Assembly (NCBI GenBank): GCA_036566425.1
Contig: DATCWI010000086.1
Coordinates: 9,997-73,996, forward strand
Origin: Nitrososphaera sp.
GTDB taxonomy: Archaea > Thermoproteota > Nitrososphaeria > Nitrososphaerales > Nitrososphaeraceae
Length of the DNA stretch: 64,000 bases
Reading direction: 5' to 3'
Part shown: in pieces, positions 9,795 to 19,507 of the stretch
Numbering within the stretch: the first letter of the stretch is position 1
Layout: each line of letters starts with the position of its first letter
Position numbers and translations under genes: made by a program
The notes under the pieces: generated by a model
Databases searched by the model: none
The model's input: only the letters and a program-made list of their open reading frames with translations
Told to the model about the DNA's origin: nothing

Positions 9795-10604
9795 TTATTT
9801 TGGAGACAGAGTGTAAATATCGGTCCTACGGTTTTTTAACAGGGGTAATGATCTGCGAACCTGCTGTATACGTGCCTTATCAACATCTACTATTTCCATA
9901 CCTTCTCGCTTACCCATATCTAGAAGTACTACGCCGAAGGGATCTACTACCATACTCTTTCCACAATAAATATTGCCTACTTGGTCAGGGGCAACTATGT
10001 AGGAGCCATTTTCAATAGCCCTTGCCTTGATCATCGTCTGCCAGTGCTCCTCTTTCATGTCTCCTGCAACCCAAGCAGATGGTGTGATGAGGATATCTGC
10101 ACCTTTAATTGTCAATAGCCTGGACAGTTCTGGAAATCGCAAATCATAGCAGATCAAAAGTCCTGCAATGCCAGCAGGTGTCTTGTAAGGCTTGACGATG
10201 GATTTACCAGGCATTAGTTTTGTAGATTCTTTAAACCCAAGTGCATCGTAAAGGTGTAGCTTGCGGTATACAGATGTTATTGCACCCCTCTCGTTTATGA
10301 TTAAAGCAGTATCGTAAACATGCTGTGGCTTGCTGCTTTTCTCATAAATGGTGACGACAACTCCAATTCTATTTTTCTTTGCAGTCGCTGCAAGTGTCAA
10401 AACAAAGTTGCCTTTGACGGTTTCAGCAATTCTAGCAAGATGGTTTGCAGATTGGCTGCTCGGCGAAAAAGCCATCTGGAATTCTGGAAAGCATACAAGG
10501 TGTGCATTTTTTCTGGCTGCTTCATTTACAAAATCAATAGATTTTTTCAGGTTTTCCTGCTTGTCTTCAGATGACCGCATTTGTACTACTGCTATTTTCT
10601 TCAA
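9795..10604 (-). CDS. Carbon-nitrogen hydrolase (Nit1-like amidase)
   Basis: Catalytic triad motifs 'FPE', 'YRKLHLYD', 'ICYDLRFPE', plus 'ARAIENG'. Confidence 0.92.
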   Translation of the reverse strand: MKKIAVVQMRSSEDKQENLKKSIDFVNEAARKNAHLVCFPEFQMAFSPSSQSANHLARIAETVKGNFVLTLAATAKKNRIGVVVTIYEKSSKPQHVYDTALIINERGAITSVYRKLHLYDALGFKESTKLMPGKSIVKPYKTPAGIAGLLICYDLRFPELSRLLTIKGADILITPSAWVAGDMKEEHWQTMIKARAIENGSYIVAPDQVGNIYCGKSMVVDPFGVVLLDMGKREGMEIVDVDKARIQQVRRSLPLLKNRRTDIYTLSPK

Positions 10605-10646
10605 CCATTCTAAAGAAGGTAATAAAAATAAAAATAGTTTGCTACA

Positions 10647-10823
10647 CTAGAGTGGCCTACCGGACTGGAACCAATTCTCCCGGGGTTTCTCGTCAAAGAC
10701 GACGATCACGTGTTCGGACTTGGTGTTCAATATCTGAACTGCTGCATTAGTGATGGCTTTGGCAAATTCATTCTTCTGCTCAGGGGTTCTACCAGGATAC
10801 ATTGACACTATAATGAGAGGCAT
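10647..10823 (-). CDS. 4-oxalocrotonate tautomerase family protein (58 aa; not in ORF track)
   Basis: Hand translation: MPLIIVSMYPGRTPEQKNEFAKAITNAAVQILNTKSEHVIVVFDEKPRENWFQSGRPL. Catalytic Pro1 and 'GRTPEQK' signature. Confidence 0.9.
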   Translation of the reverse strand: MPLIIVSMYPGRTPEQKNEFAKAITNAAVQILNTKSEHVIVVFDEKPRENWFQSGRPL

Positions 10824-10836
10824 ATGTAAGATCTTG

Positions 10837-11148
10837 TTAAGGCTGATTTATATGCACACTGGCAACGGGTGTTGGAACCGCCTGTTCAGTAGACTTGCCA
10901 TTTGATTCAGCCAATTCATAGAGCGCAAGCAGGTAGCGCTTGATGAACTTGACTCCTGGTGACGGCCTGCGGCCCTTCTCATAGTCACTTAAGACTGAGG
11001 GTGTGAGATTCATATGCCTTGCAAGATCTGCCTGCTTGATCCCGAACTTTTTCCTGCAGTATTTTAATTGCTGGGGAGGGTTGTCGCTTAATACTACGGA
11101 TCCGGCGATCCAGGTCAAGTCGTCGATAGCACTAATGTTCGTAGACAA
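10837..11148 (-). CDS. XRE-family HTH transcriptional regulator
   Basis: 'RKKFGIKQADLARHMNLTPSVLSDYEKGRRPSPG'. Confidence 0.88.
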   Translation of the reverse strand: MSTNISAIDDLTWIAGSVVLSDNPPQQLKYCRKKFGIKQADLARHMNLTPSVLSDYEKGRRPSPGVKFIKRYLLALYELAESNGKSTEQAVPTPVASVHINQP

Positions 11149-11222
11149 ATATTAAACGAAACATCTGACGGGTGATAAAAAGATTTTCTAATAACGTGTG
11201 TGCTTATCTGCTAGCATAGCCC

Positions 11223-11888
11223 ATGAGTTATGACAAACTACGCTGGATAAACCATAAGGTAATTAAGTGCACCTGCTGTCCAAGATTATCACAATACATT
11301 AAGCAAATTGGCCAAGAAAAAGTTAAGAGATTTATAAGTGAAGAGTACTGGGCGCGACCTCTGCCAAGTTGGGGCGATCCAAATGCTAGGCTACTGATAG
11401 TCGGGCTTGCACCTGCAGCACATGGGGGCAATAGGACAGGAAGAATGTTTACGGGGGATGGCTCGGGGGACTGGCTTGCAAGGGCGATGTATGAATCAGG
11501 ATTTGCAAACATGCCTACCAGCAGGTCAAAGGATGACGGGCTTGTGCTTAAGGATGTGTACATTACTGCAGCAATTAGATGTGCACCACCAGATAATAAG
11601 CCACTGACAATCGAGCTGATGAACTGCTCTCAATATCTTGTTTCAGAGTTGCAGATTTTGAAAAATATAAAAGTCATTCTTATGCTAGGCAAGGTTGGAT
11701 TTGATGCATATTGTCGAGCATCAGGATTGAGAAAGCTTAGGTTTAGCCATGGAGCGAGCTATGAGATAAATGGCAAAATGCTACTTGCCTCCTATCATCC
11801 AAGCAGGCAGAACACTAACACGGGTAAGCTGACATGGCAGATGTGGTTCGATATTTTCAAAAAGGCAAGGTCCATTTTAGGTTCTTAA
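11223..11888 (+). CDS. udgB: Uracil-DNA glycosylase, family 5 (4Fe-4S)
   Basis: 'CTCCPRL', 'GLAPAAHGGNRTGRMFTGD', 'RCAPPDNKP', 'YHPSRQNTNTG'. Confidence 0.92.
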   Translation: MSYDKLRWINHKVIKCTCCPRLSQYIKQIGQEKVKRFISEEYWARPLPSWGDPNARLLIVGLAPAAHGGNRTGRMFTGDGSGDWLARAMYESGFANMPTSRSKDDGLVLKDVYITAAIRCAPPDNKPLTIELMNCSQYLVSELQILKNIKVILMLGKVGFDAYCRASGLRKLRFSHGASYEINGKMLLASYHPSRQNTNTGKLTWQMWFDIFKKARSILGS

Positions 11889-12091
11889 GAGGAGAGGGCA
11901 CATAGCCTTCATTTGACTCGAAACAGACAGCCAATAAAAGTATATAGAGATCATTATCCGTAGCGAGAGTGCTATACCAAGTGATGTTATTACTCCTGCA
12001 AAAGGTTAGAAGACACAAATTACAAATTATTGTGTCATTGGGAGTTGTATATAAGATGCAGGGTATAAAAAAACACACACAAGTACAGGAT

Positions 12092-12613
12092 CTATCTTTT
12101 GTTTGAATTGATGTCAGTAGTCACTTGGTCTATCTTATGGCGCAAAGCTTCTTTGATCTTAGTGTTATCTATCATGTTAAGTGAGTCTTTGCAGTTGGGG
12201 CATTTGAAAAATAATTCAACTGCTACGTCAAATTTCACTCGCGGACAATCACGGTTGCTGCAGTGGTAAAATTCTGTTGATTCTTCATATTCAAGGCGAT
12301 TATGGAGTCGATCAAGGATCTTTTTCTTCTGATTGTCAATGAAATTGTCGACCTGATCCTGCTTTGCTCGCCAGCGATAGACGAACCAACCCTTCTTTTC
12401 GTCCTTGACTCGGATGCCAGTTATCAACGCCTTACCAAACATATCATAGAGAACCTTGCGTACAATGTTTATCTTAAGTCCGGTTGCGCTCGCAATTTCC
12501 TCATCTGTCACATCCTTGGTGTTTAAGAGGGCGCGGGCAACTTTGATGTACTCCTCGCCTCCGATCAAACCAGCAATTTTAACAAAAGAGTCTTCATATT
12601 CTATAGAGTGCAT
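12092..12613 (-). CDS. tfe: Transcription factor E (TFIIE-alpha homolog)
   Basis: wHTH 'TDEEIASATGLKINIVRKVLY..KKGWFVYRW' plus Zn ribbon 'FKCPNC'. Confidence 0.92.
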   Translation of the reverse strand: MHSIEYEDSFVKIAGLIGGEEYIKVARALLNTKDVTDEEIASATGLKINIVRKVLYDMFGKALITGIRVKDEKKGWFVYRWRAKQDQVDNFIDNQKKKILDRLHNRLEYEESTEFYHCSNRDCPRVKFDVAVELFFKCPNCKDSLNMIDNTKIKEALRHKIDQVTTDINSNKR

Positions 12614-12653
12614 CTAATGATGACAATAGTGTATGTTTTTTTCTGATATATAC

Positions 12654-13592
12654 TTAGTGCATATAAGCTCCATCTGTACCGTAAAGGGGATAAATGCCGC
12701 CTGAATAGTCACTCATATAACCCCATACATCTGCGCTTATCTGCAGTCGATGAAATGCAGATTTTTGTCGATCGTCTAGGACATCATAGACCATCTGACC
12801 TATTACTATTTGGTCCGGCTTACCAAGCGATGTCATTTTCGTTGCTATGTTGATGGTATGACCCAAGATGTCAAAGTGAGGTCTTTTGAATTTTTTACCA
12901 TCTACATTGAAGATATCCCATCCATATTGGACCACGACATTTTCACCTAGATCTATACCAACTCGAACGTTCATTTCAGCATAGTCATACTGATTCAAGA
13001 TAGGGTTTATCCCTTCTCGGATTATCTTGATCATCGAATGTGCGCAGTTGACTGCATTAATGCATGGTAAATATTTGTCATGGGTTGCAAGGAAAAACGC
13101 CATGATCGCATCTCCCACATATTTCAATACATATCCCCCATATGCAGATATTGTGATCGACATTTCTTGTGTAAACGCTTGGATTATAGTGGCAAGCCTA
13201 TCAGCTGGCAGATCAGATGACAGTCTAGTGGAGCCAACAAGATCTATATGGAGGATTACAAGCATGACCTTTGACTTGGAGTACTTGGCAAGAATTTCAT
13301 GAGTTTCTTCAGTGGAGATGTCAAACTTCGATTCCACCTTAAGCGCTTTCCATACTCTCTGCTGGGCCATTTTGATCGCCTTGTCAAGGTCTACTACGGC
13401 ATCGAGGTAGAAGGATGCCAAGAGCCCAGCTTCAGGTGCCTGCTTAGGAGGTAGATTAGTCTCGTTTATGCTCTGGACTACCTTGTCTATATCCTCCAGG
13501 CTAATATCAAGCTGAAACGCAATTATCTCAGGGGAAATACCAGAATTGTATAAATTAATTATAGTCTGCCGTTGGCTCTCAGCCATATACAA
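12654..13592 (-). CDS. Class III adenylate/guanylate cyclase with N-terminal HTH-like segment
   Basis: 'HIDLVGST', 'KYVGDAIMA', 'RVGIDLG', 'DILGHTINIATK'. Confidence 0.88.
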   Translation of the reverse strand: MYMAESQRQTIINLYNSGISPEIIAFQLDISLEDIDKVVQSINETNLPPKQAPEAGLLASFYLDAVVDLDKAIKMAQQRVWKALKVESKFDISTEETHEILAKYSKSKVMLVILHIDLVGSTRLSSDLPADRLATIIQAFTQEMSITISAYGGYVLKYVGDAIMAFFLATHDKYLPCINAVNCAHSMIKIIREGINPILNQYDYAEMNVRVGIDLGENVVVQYGWDIFNVDGKKFKRPHFDILGHTINIATKMTSLGKPDQIVIGQMVYDVLDDRQKSAFHRLQISADVWGYMSDYSGGIYPLYGTDGAYMH

Positions 13593-13703
13593 TAAACTTC
13601 TGTTATGGGCATTAGATATATGCTGTTATTGTTATATACCGAGGCTTCCAGCGCGATTAATATTAATAATAACCACCGCCAGTAATATACTACGTGTAGA
13701 GCA

Positions 13704-13886
13704 ATGGCAAGCAAAAATCAAGATGAGGGAAAAGTCCTGCTTACACTGCCAAATATTAAATATTTAGTAGAAGGACTTGAAGCTCTGCTAACGACGGATC
13801 TAGATGGAGACAAGCGTGCTAAGGTGATTCAGCTACGCAACGACCTGTTGTCTCATATAAATAGCATATTTAATGACTATTCGTAA
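13704..13886 (+). CDS. Small hypothetical helical protein
   Basis: 60-aa ATG ORF filling an intergenic gap, with protein-like composition. Confidence 0.5.
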   Translation: MASKNQDEGKVLLTLPNIKYLVEGLEALLTTDLDGDKRAKVIQLRNDLLSHINSIFNDYS

Positions 13887-14038
13887 TTACTGCTGGGACC
13901 TTGCTAACGCCTTTTTGTGTAGACTCCTTTTTAAATGTGATTTAGCTCTTCCCACTATGATCAAACTGCACTATCGTAAGGCTTAGAATTCAAGAACGGA
14001 GTACAGAGGAGATGATCTATCGTAAACCGCAGAAATAT

Positions 14039-14509
14039 TTATTGACGTCTTAGCTTATACGACGCTAGAAAAGTCATAAGTGTCATTGCAAAGAGCAAGA
14101 TACCAGTGGATAGATGAGTTGCGACGAGAATGGGCTCAAGACGGGTTGTGACCACCAACATACCTAATATGATCTGCACGGATATGACTATTGCCGCAAT
14201 TATTGCAGTTTTTTGCACAGGCTTGAATTTCTTGAATGAATATGCGGCAGTAGCAAAGATAAGACCAGCCGTTATCACCACCATAACTCTATGATAATGC
14301 TCAAAGAAATGCTTCTCTGCAGGCAGACCAAAGCCGTTTGGACATAGAGGCCATTCAGTGCAAGAAAGCCCTTGGTTTGAGGAACTGATGTAAACTCCAA
14401 CCAACATTACAGAGTACAACATACCGAGGGCAAAGAGTGAAAGGCCTATCGCAACCTTCGGACTAGAGGAATATTGTACCTCCACAACAGAAAAAATGTG
14501 CCACGTCAA
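14039..14509 (-). CDS. ctaA: Heme A synthase, COX15/CtaA family, single-module 4-TM form
   Basis: 'GLSCTEWPLC', 'EHYHR', 'Q..LG', 'HL' motifs; four hydrophobic helices. Confidence 0.85.
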   Translation of the reverse strand: MTWHIFSVVEVQYSSSPKVAIGLSLFALGMLYSVMLVGVYISSSNQGLSCTEWPLCPNGFGLPAEKHFFEHYHRVMVVITAGLIFATAAYSFKKFKPVQKTAIIAAIVISVQIILGMLVVTTRLEPILVATHLSTGILLFAMTLMTFLASYKLRRQ

Positions 14510-14586
14510 TTATAATCTTGGCATTTAACTTTCTTCTACTCCATTTTCCCATACCTGTTTTATGCTGTATAGCCGCTTGCTTTGCA

Positions 14587-16242
14587 ATGGAGAAAGACGC
14601 GTCTACCGATGCTGATCTAGGTAGCTATGAGGGCAAGTATCCAAAGGACCTGTTCAATAAAACAGTGATTGTAAACGAGCAGGCTATGGGACGTGTTGCA
14701 AAGGAAACAGATGACCAAATAGTTGTTTTTAGCGATTCTGGTAATTTACGGTTTGACATCCCCAAATCAAAAATCACACTTTCAGGAGGCTCCATAGTAG
14801 TAGGGGAGCCGCTTGAACAATATGCAGTTGACAGGGATGCGCCAATGCCGGAGGACAGAAGTCTCAGACCATCTGCTGAAGAAATACGGCAAAAGGCAGG
14901 AGATATCCCTGCAGCAAGCGAGAAATATAGTCCGGTGGAGGGGCCTACTCTACCGATAGAAGAGAGGAAACCATCGATAGTGGAGGAAAAGGTTAAAGAT
15001 GCAGCTACAGAGGTCAAGAGCTCTGTCGGTGATGCAGCTACAGAGGTCAAGAGCTCTGTCGGTTATGAGTTGGGACAGGCTTCCAAAGCAGTCAAGGAAA
15101 AGATGAAGGATGCAGGTGAAGCCGTAGTCAATGTTGACGTAGAAGGAGCAACTAGACAAGCAGCAAGCAAGATCAAGGATTTGGCTCAGTCAGGAGCTGA
15201 AACAGCCAAAGAGAAAATGGCAACAGCTCAGAGCAGTTCAGAAGCAGGGCTGAGTGTAGACAACATGATGAAATTTGAAAAAGAGTCGAAGCAATCATCT
15301 ACAGAGACTGATCTAGGTAGCTATGAGGGCAAGTATCCAAAGGGCTTCTTTAACAAAACAGTAGTCGTGAATAACCGGCCAATAGGACGTGTTGCAAAGG
15401 AAACAGATGAGGTTATTGTCGTGTTCAGCGACACCGATAGTTCAATAAGATTTGATATTCCAAAATCAGAGATATCTACAGCAGGTGCTTCTGTCATTGC
15501 AAATGAAGACCTGCTGTTCCGATACAGAACTCACAGAGATGCGCCAATGCCGGAGGACAGAGTTTTAAGAGCTTCAGCGCAAGAAATACGGACTGCGGCT
15601 ACAGAGCAGCTAGAGATCGAAGAGAAAAGCACAACTGCGGACTCAATAATAGAAGAAGGAAGTCAGCTTGCAACAGTGCCAAGACCTGAAACGACTTCTG
15701 TGTCAAGGCCGGAAGGATATATCGATACAGAGTCAGAAATATCAAAGAAGATGAAGAGCGCACTTGCAGAGCTCAAAGAGATAATAGTGGCTGGGACCAA
15801 AGTTGCCAAGAAGGAAGCTAAACAGGCGCAAGAGAGCGCTGCAGAAAAGCGGGCGGAAATGGATGGGGAGACGATATCTAGAATGGGTGACCTTGCAATG
15901 AGGTTTGCAGACTCATTTGAGGATGTACTCTCTGAGATAAGGACAAGGACATATGCGGAGCAGGTGCAGATCTATACTGGTTTTATAAAGCTGATCGACC
16001 AGCAGCGCACTTTGGTAGTTGCAAATCGGGACTTTGCGGAAAGATTGAAAGACTCAGTTGATGTCTCTGTAGTTGAATCTCAAGATCAAGATATAAAGAC
16101 CCGCGAATTGGAAGCCCCACCCGAGTTGCCAGAAGAGATTGAAGGAAAAAGAAGTCTGTCTGAAGGTAGGAGTACAACCTCTACCACTACAAGAAGAAGA
16201 AGGCGAACAGGTAGTAGTAAGACAGTAAGAAGAAAAGCTTAG
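14587..16242 (+). CDS. Hypothetical protein: two repeated PRC-barrel-like domains, LEA-like linker, helical C-terminus, basic tail
   Basis: Duplicated unit 'DLGSYEGKYPK..FNKTV.VN...GRVAKETD..IVVFSD...RFDIPKS.I...DAPMPEDR'. ATG at 14587 preferred over the upstream TTG. Confidence 0.65.
   Translation: MEKDASTDADLGSYEGKYPKDLFNKTVIVNEQAMGRVAKETDDQIVVFSDSGNLRFDIPKSKITLSGGSIVVGEPLEQYAVDRDAPMPEDRSLRPSAEEIRQKAGDIPAASEKYSPVEGPTLPIEERKPSIVEEKVKDAATEVKSSVGDAATEVKSSVGYELGQASKAVKEKMKDAGEAVVNVDVEGATRQAASKIKDLAQSGAETAKEKMATAQSSSEAGLSVDNMMKFEKESKQSSTETDLGSYEGKYPKGFFNKTVVVNNRPIGRVAKETDEVIVVFSDTDSSIRFDIPKSEISTAGASVIANEDLLFRYRTHRDAPMPEDRVLRASAQEIRTAATEQLEIEEKSTTADSIIEEGSQLATVPRPETTSVSRPEGYIDTESEISKKMKSALAELKEIIVAGTKVAKKEAKQAQESAAEKRAEMDGETISRMGDLAMRFADSFEDVLSEIRTRTYAEQVQIYTGFIKLIDQQRTLVVANRDFAERLKDSVDVSVVESQDQDIKTRELEAPPELPEEIEGKRSLSEGRSTTSTTTRRRRRTGSSKTVRRKA
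14998..15063 (+). repeat. 33-bp perfect tandem duplication (DAATEVKSSVG x2)
   Basis: gatgcagctacagaggtcaagagctctgtcggt occurs twice in tandem. Confidence 0.9.
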
Positions 16243-16382
16243 TAGTGTAAGCGAGAGTTTTCGTAAAACTCTCGATCCTCTTCATCCATCACTACTTGCT
16301 TATGACAATTTTCACAAAGAAGATACCTAGTATTGACAGGAAGCACTTTCTTACACCTGCCACAGAATTTTTTTAACAACAA
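16239..16382 (-). CDS. Small CxxC..CxxC zinc-finger protein (about 47 aa; not in ORF track)
   Basis: Hand translation from TTG: (M)LLKKFCGRCKKVLPVNTRYLLCENCHKQVVMDEEDREFYENSRLHY. Confidence 0.6.
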   Translation of the reverse strand: MLLKKFCGRCKKVLPVNTRYLLCENCHKQVVMDEEDREFYENSRLHY

Positions 16383-16465
16383 AGGTAATGCACACTCATA
16401 AGATAAAACTATGACAATAGAAATCTAATTAAGGATGATGTTCGCCATCAAATTGGCCGACTGTA

Positions 16466-17953
16466 TTGGCTTTACAAAATGAAGTTTCCAACGCCTTATC
16501 TTATGCAACCAGTAAAGGGTTTCAAATACATCCTAATGCATTTGCCATGTTAAAGGGCCTTGACGTAGATGTTCTCAAAATAATCCAGGAAATAATCAAA
16601 ATTAAAAAACCAACAAAAAATACAGTCATAGTAGTTGAAGATATCAAGACTCTAATAGAGCCAAAAAAACAAGATAATAGTCCAATTGAGCAAACGTGCA
16701 CGGTGCTCAGTGATCCTACTCCCAAGGTCACTACTGCAGAGGGAGTAGAAGGTTATACAGCGTTGTTTCGCAGTAGATTTGAGAAGACGATGCGCATTTT
16801 GGCCCAGCGACCAGACAGCAAACGCATATCAAAGGTGTCGGCTGTCAAACAGAGAGTCAGGATGGGTAAACAGATAGAAAGAGGTGAAAAAAGCCTTCAT
16901 GGTGCAGGTAACTCTATCATAATTGCAGGCCTCTTAATGTCAAAGCGCACCAAGAAGAATGATGTTGAATTATCAGTTGACGATTATACAGGGATCCTAA
17001 CTGCGACTTCTACAATAGAAGATGTAAAAAAGCAAGCGTCAGCTCTTGCGCTTGATCAAATGGTGATGCTTGAGCTTGAAAATGGTAAGGGAAGGCCAGG
17101 GCTGACAATTAAAAGTGTCATGATGCCCGACATTCCTGATCATTTACCCAGCAAAAGCAAGTCAGAAACATATGCAGTATTGATCTCTGATTTGCATGTT
17201 GGTAGTAAGTATTTTATGAAAAACGAGTTTATAAGATTCTTAGACTGGCTATCGTCATCGCCTGGTGACGACATTGTCAAGAAGATCAAATTCCTCTGTG
17301 TTGGAGGTGATCTGATCGATGGTATTGGTATATTTCCAAACCAAGACAAAGAGTTACTGGAAATAGACGCATCAAAGCAGATGAGCCATGCTGTAGAGTT
17401 ATTGGCAAAGGTTCCCAAACACATCAAAGTGTTAGTGATACCCGGCAATCATGATCTTGGGAGAAGAGCACTTCCACAACCTGCGATCCCGAGGAAGAAT
17501 TTGAGTGAGCAGTTGTATGGTCTTGAAAATTGTATGATGCTTGGCAACCCTGCCTTTGTTCAACTCAATGGCGTCAAGGTTTTAATGTATCACGGCCAAG
17601 GCCTTGACGACATCATCGCAACAACACCAGGACTGAGTTATTCTAAGCCGGCAGAGTCTATGAAGCTACTCCTTAAGGCTCGCCACCTTGCTCCAATATA
17701 TGGTGAGCGCACACCTATAGCACCAGAGCAAGAAGATATGATGGTTATTACCGAAGTCCCGGATATTTTTCACTCAGGACATGTACATGTGGTCGATGTA
17801 CAAAACTATCGTGGCACCCTTGTTGTAAATTCAGGTGCATGGCAGAGTCAAACAAAATTTCAACAGACAATGGGCATAACGCCGACACCGGGTGTTGCAG
17901 TAATAGTCAACTTAGCAACACTTCAACCCCTTGTATATGATTTTAACCAATAA
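16466..17953 (+). CDS. polD1: DNA polymerase D small (proofreading) subunit DP1
   Basis: Calcineurin-like phosphoesterase motifs 'ISDLHVGS', 'GDLIDG', 'PGNHD', 'YHG', 'HLAP', 'GHVH'. Confidence 0.95.
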   Translation: MALQNEVSNALSYATSKGFQIHPNAFAMLKGLDVDVLKIIQEIIKIKKPTKNTVIVVEDIKTLIEPKKQDNSPIEQTCTVLSDPTPKVTTAEGVEGYTALFRSRFEKTMRILAQRPDSKRISKVSAVKQRVRMGKQIERGEKSLHGAGNSIIIAGLLMSKRTKKNDVELSVDDYTGILTATSTIEDVKKQASALALDQMVMLELENGKGRPGLTIKSVMMPDIPDHLPSKSKSETYAVLISDLHVGSKYFMKNEFIRFLDWLSSSPGDDIVKKIKFLCVGGDLIDGIGIFPNQDKELLEIDASKQMSHAVELLAKVPKHIKVLVIPGNHDLGRRALPQPAIPRKNLSEQLYGLENCMMLGNPAFVQLNGVKVLMYHGQGLDDIIATTPGLSYSKPAESMKLLLKARHLAPIYGERTPIAPEQEDMMVITEVPDIFHSGHVHVVDVQNYRGTLVVNSGAWQSQTKFQQTMGITPTPGVAVIVNLATLQPLVYDFNQ

Positions 17954-19151
17954 AGGATGCAAGGTTAATATCGTCTTTGAGTGCTTCTTCAACAGTAGTT
18001 AATGGTATCGTCACTTTGATCTTTTGGGACCTACCATATCGACCTTGATTAACTATATCTGTTGAAACTAGACCGAGCAAATCCAGCTCGTTTATTATTT
18101 GAGTCATACGCCGCTGAGTGAGCGGTTTTTGTTCCGTATGTTTGCAAAGTGATAAGTAAATATCATACACCTTACCAGTGGTTCCATTCGCTGATTTTAT
18201 AATAGCAAGAATAACAAGTTTATGATGAATTGGTGAGTTCTTTAGTGCAACAAAAGGTGCATCTCTTTCGATCCTATCTTCTCCTGCACGCACATGTTTT
18301 TCTTCGACTTTGGCAGTACCTTCTCTTTCTGCAAGCTCGGCCGCAACCCTCAACAAATCTATTGCCTTTCTTGCATCACCATGCTCTCTTCCAGCTATTG
18401 CAGCACACAAGTTGACTGCAGCTTCAGAGATTGCATCTTCATTGAATGATAGTTTGGCGCGCTCTTGCAGTATCTGACGTAGTTGTTCTACGGTGTATGG
18501 ATTGAAGACTATCTCCTCCTCACTGAGGCTACTTCTTACACGCGGGTCAAGTTTATCCTTGAATGTAAGACTATTAGAGATTCCTATGAGTGTAATAAAA
18601 CCACCCTTCATTCTTTGGTTTGCCCTTGTAAAATTGTAAAGGATATCGTCACCACTCCTATCGACAAGTGAATCTATCTCATCTATCACTAATACAAGGT
18701 TAAGTTTTCTCTTTTGTATGAAGTTCAAAACCCTATCTGTTGCTTCACCCATTGACAGGCCAGTGAAGTGCACCTGTTTTTCCTGCTCCTTATTGATTCC
18801 AAGCTCTTCTGCAATTTCAAAAATTACCTTATAGGCACTACCTCCTGCAATCTTCGCATTTACAAAAAGAACCGTGACATCGGTTTTGAGCTCACCTGCT
18901 TTCTTTGCTAGCCTATCTACAACGCTTCTTGCTGCTGCAGTCTTTCCAGTACCAGGCTTGCCAAACAGAAGAAGGTTTGACGGCCTAGCACCTTTAAAAA
19001 TTGTAGATAACACTTGGGCAAGTGCCTTGGTCTCTTCATCTCGGAAGGGCAGCTTTTCAGGAACATAGTCAATAGTCAAAGCTTGGCGATTTTTAACAAG
19101 CGAGCCACCACTTGCCGCTTTGGCAAAGATATTATCGATGTCAGAACTCAA
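17943..19151 (-). CDS. cdc6: Orc1/Cdc6 replication initiator
   Basis: Walker A 'GKPGTGKT', Walker B 'IDEID', 'DPRVRSSL', 'GDARKAIDLLR', C-terminal wHTH 'GRYGR'. Confidence 0.96.
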   Translation of the reverse strand: MSSDIDNIFAKAASGGSLVKNRQALTIDYVPEKLPFRDEETKALAQVLSTIFKGARPSNLLLFGKPGTGKTAAARSVVDRLAKKAGELKTDVTVLFVNAKIAGGSAYKVIFEIAEELGINKEQEKQVHFTGLSMGEATDRVLNFIQKRKLNLVLVIDEIDSLVDRSGDDILYNFTRANQRMKGGFITLIGISNSLTFKDKLDPRVRSSLSEEEIVFNPYTVEQLRQILQERAKLSFNEDAISEAAVNLCAAIAGREHGDARKAIDLLRVAAELAEREGTAKVEEKHVRAGEDRIERDAPFVALKNSPIHHKLVILAIIKSANGTTGKVYDIYLSLCKHTEQKPLTQRRMTQIINELDLLGLVSTDIVNQGRYGRSQKIKVTIPLTTVEEALKDDINLASFIG

Positions 19152-19344
19152 TTATTATCTGCTACTCCTCCATCTTCTGTATGTAATTTTAACCCGCCGC
19201 CCCCAGTTTTTCTTTTCCACGACAAAAGTTTGTTAACTTTCTCTTAACACTTATGTTAACAAGTCATTTTTAAACTGCAAAATCAATTTTAATTAACTAT
19301 TCTATCATTTTTAGAATAAGGGTTAATGTAGAGTAAGAGAAAGA

Positions 19345-19365
19345 GCTGCAGAAGAAAAGAAGGGG
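19345..19365 (+). promoter_or_regulatory. Degenerate ORB, inverted relative to the other two
   Basis: gctgcagaagaaaagaagggg matches gctccagtggaaataaagggg at 16/21 positions; faces ORB1 across an ~80-bp AT-rich stretch (candidate DUE). Confidence 0.5.
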
Positions 19366-19446
19366 TGGCAGTCTATAAGCGTATTTTTGTTTGGTTAACT
19401 ATGTTATCAGTATTAGAACATAGATTTGAAAAATACTTAAAATCGA

Positions 19447-19465
19447 CCCCTTTATTTCCACTGGA
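19447..19465 (-). promoter_or_regulatory. Origin recognition box (ORB) 1
   Basis: Minus strand reads TCCAGTGGAAATAAAGGGG, matching the archaeal ORB consensus including the G-string. Confidence 0.9.
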
Positions 19466-19507
19466 GCGTTAACGTCGACGTTGATGCTGTTAACAGCCTT
19501 CATCGAA

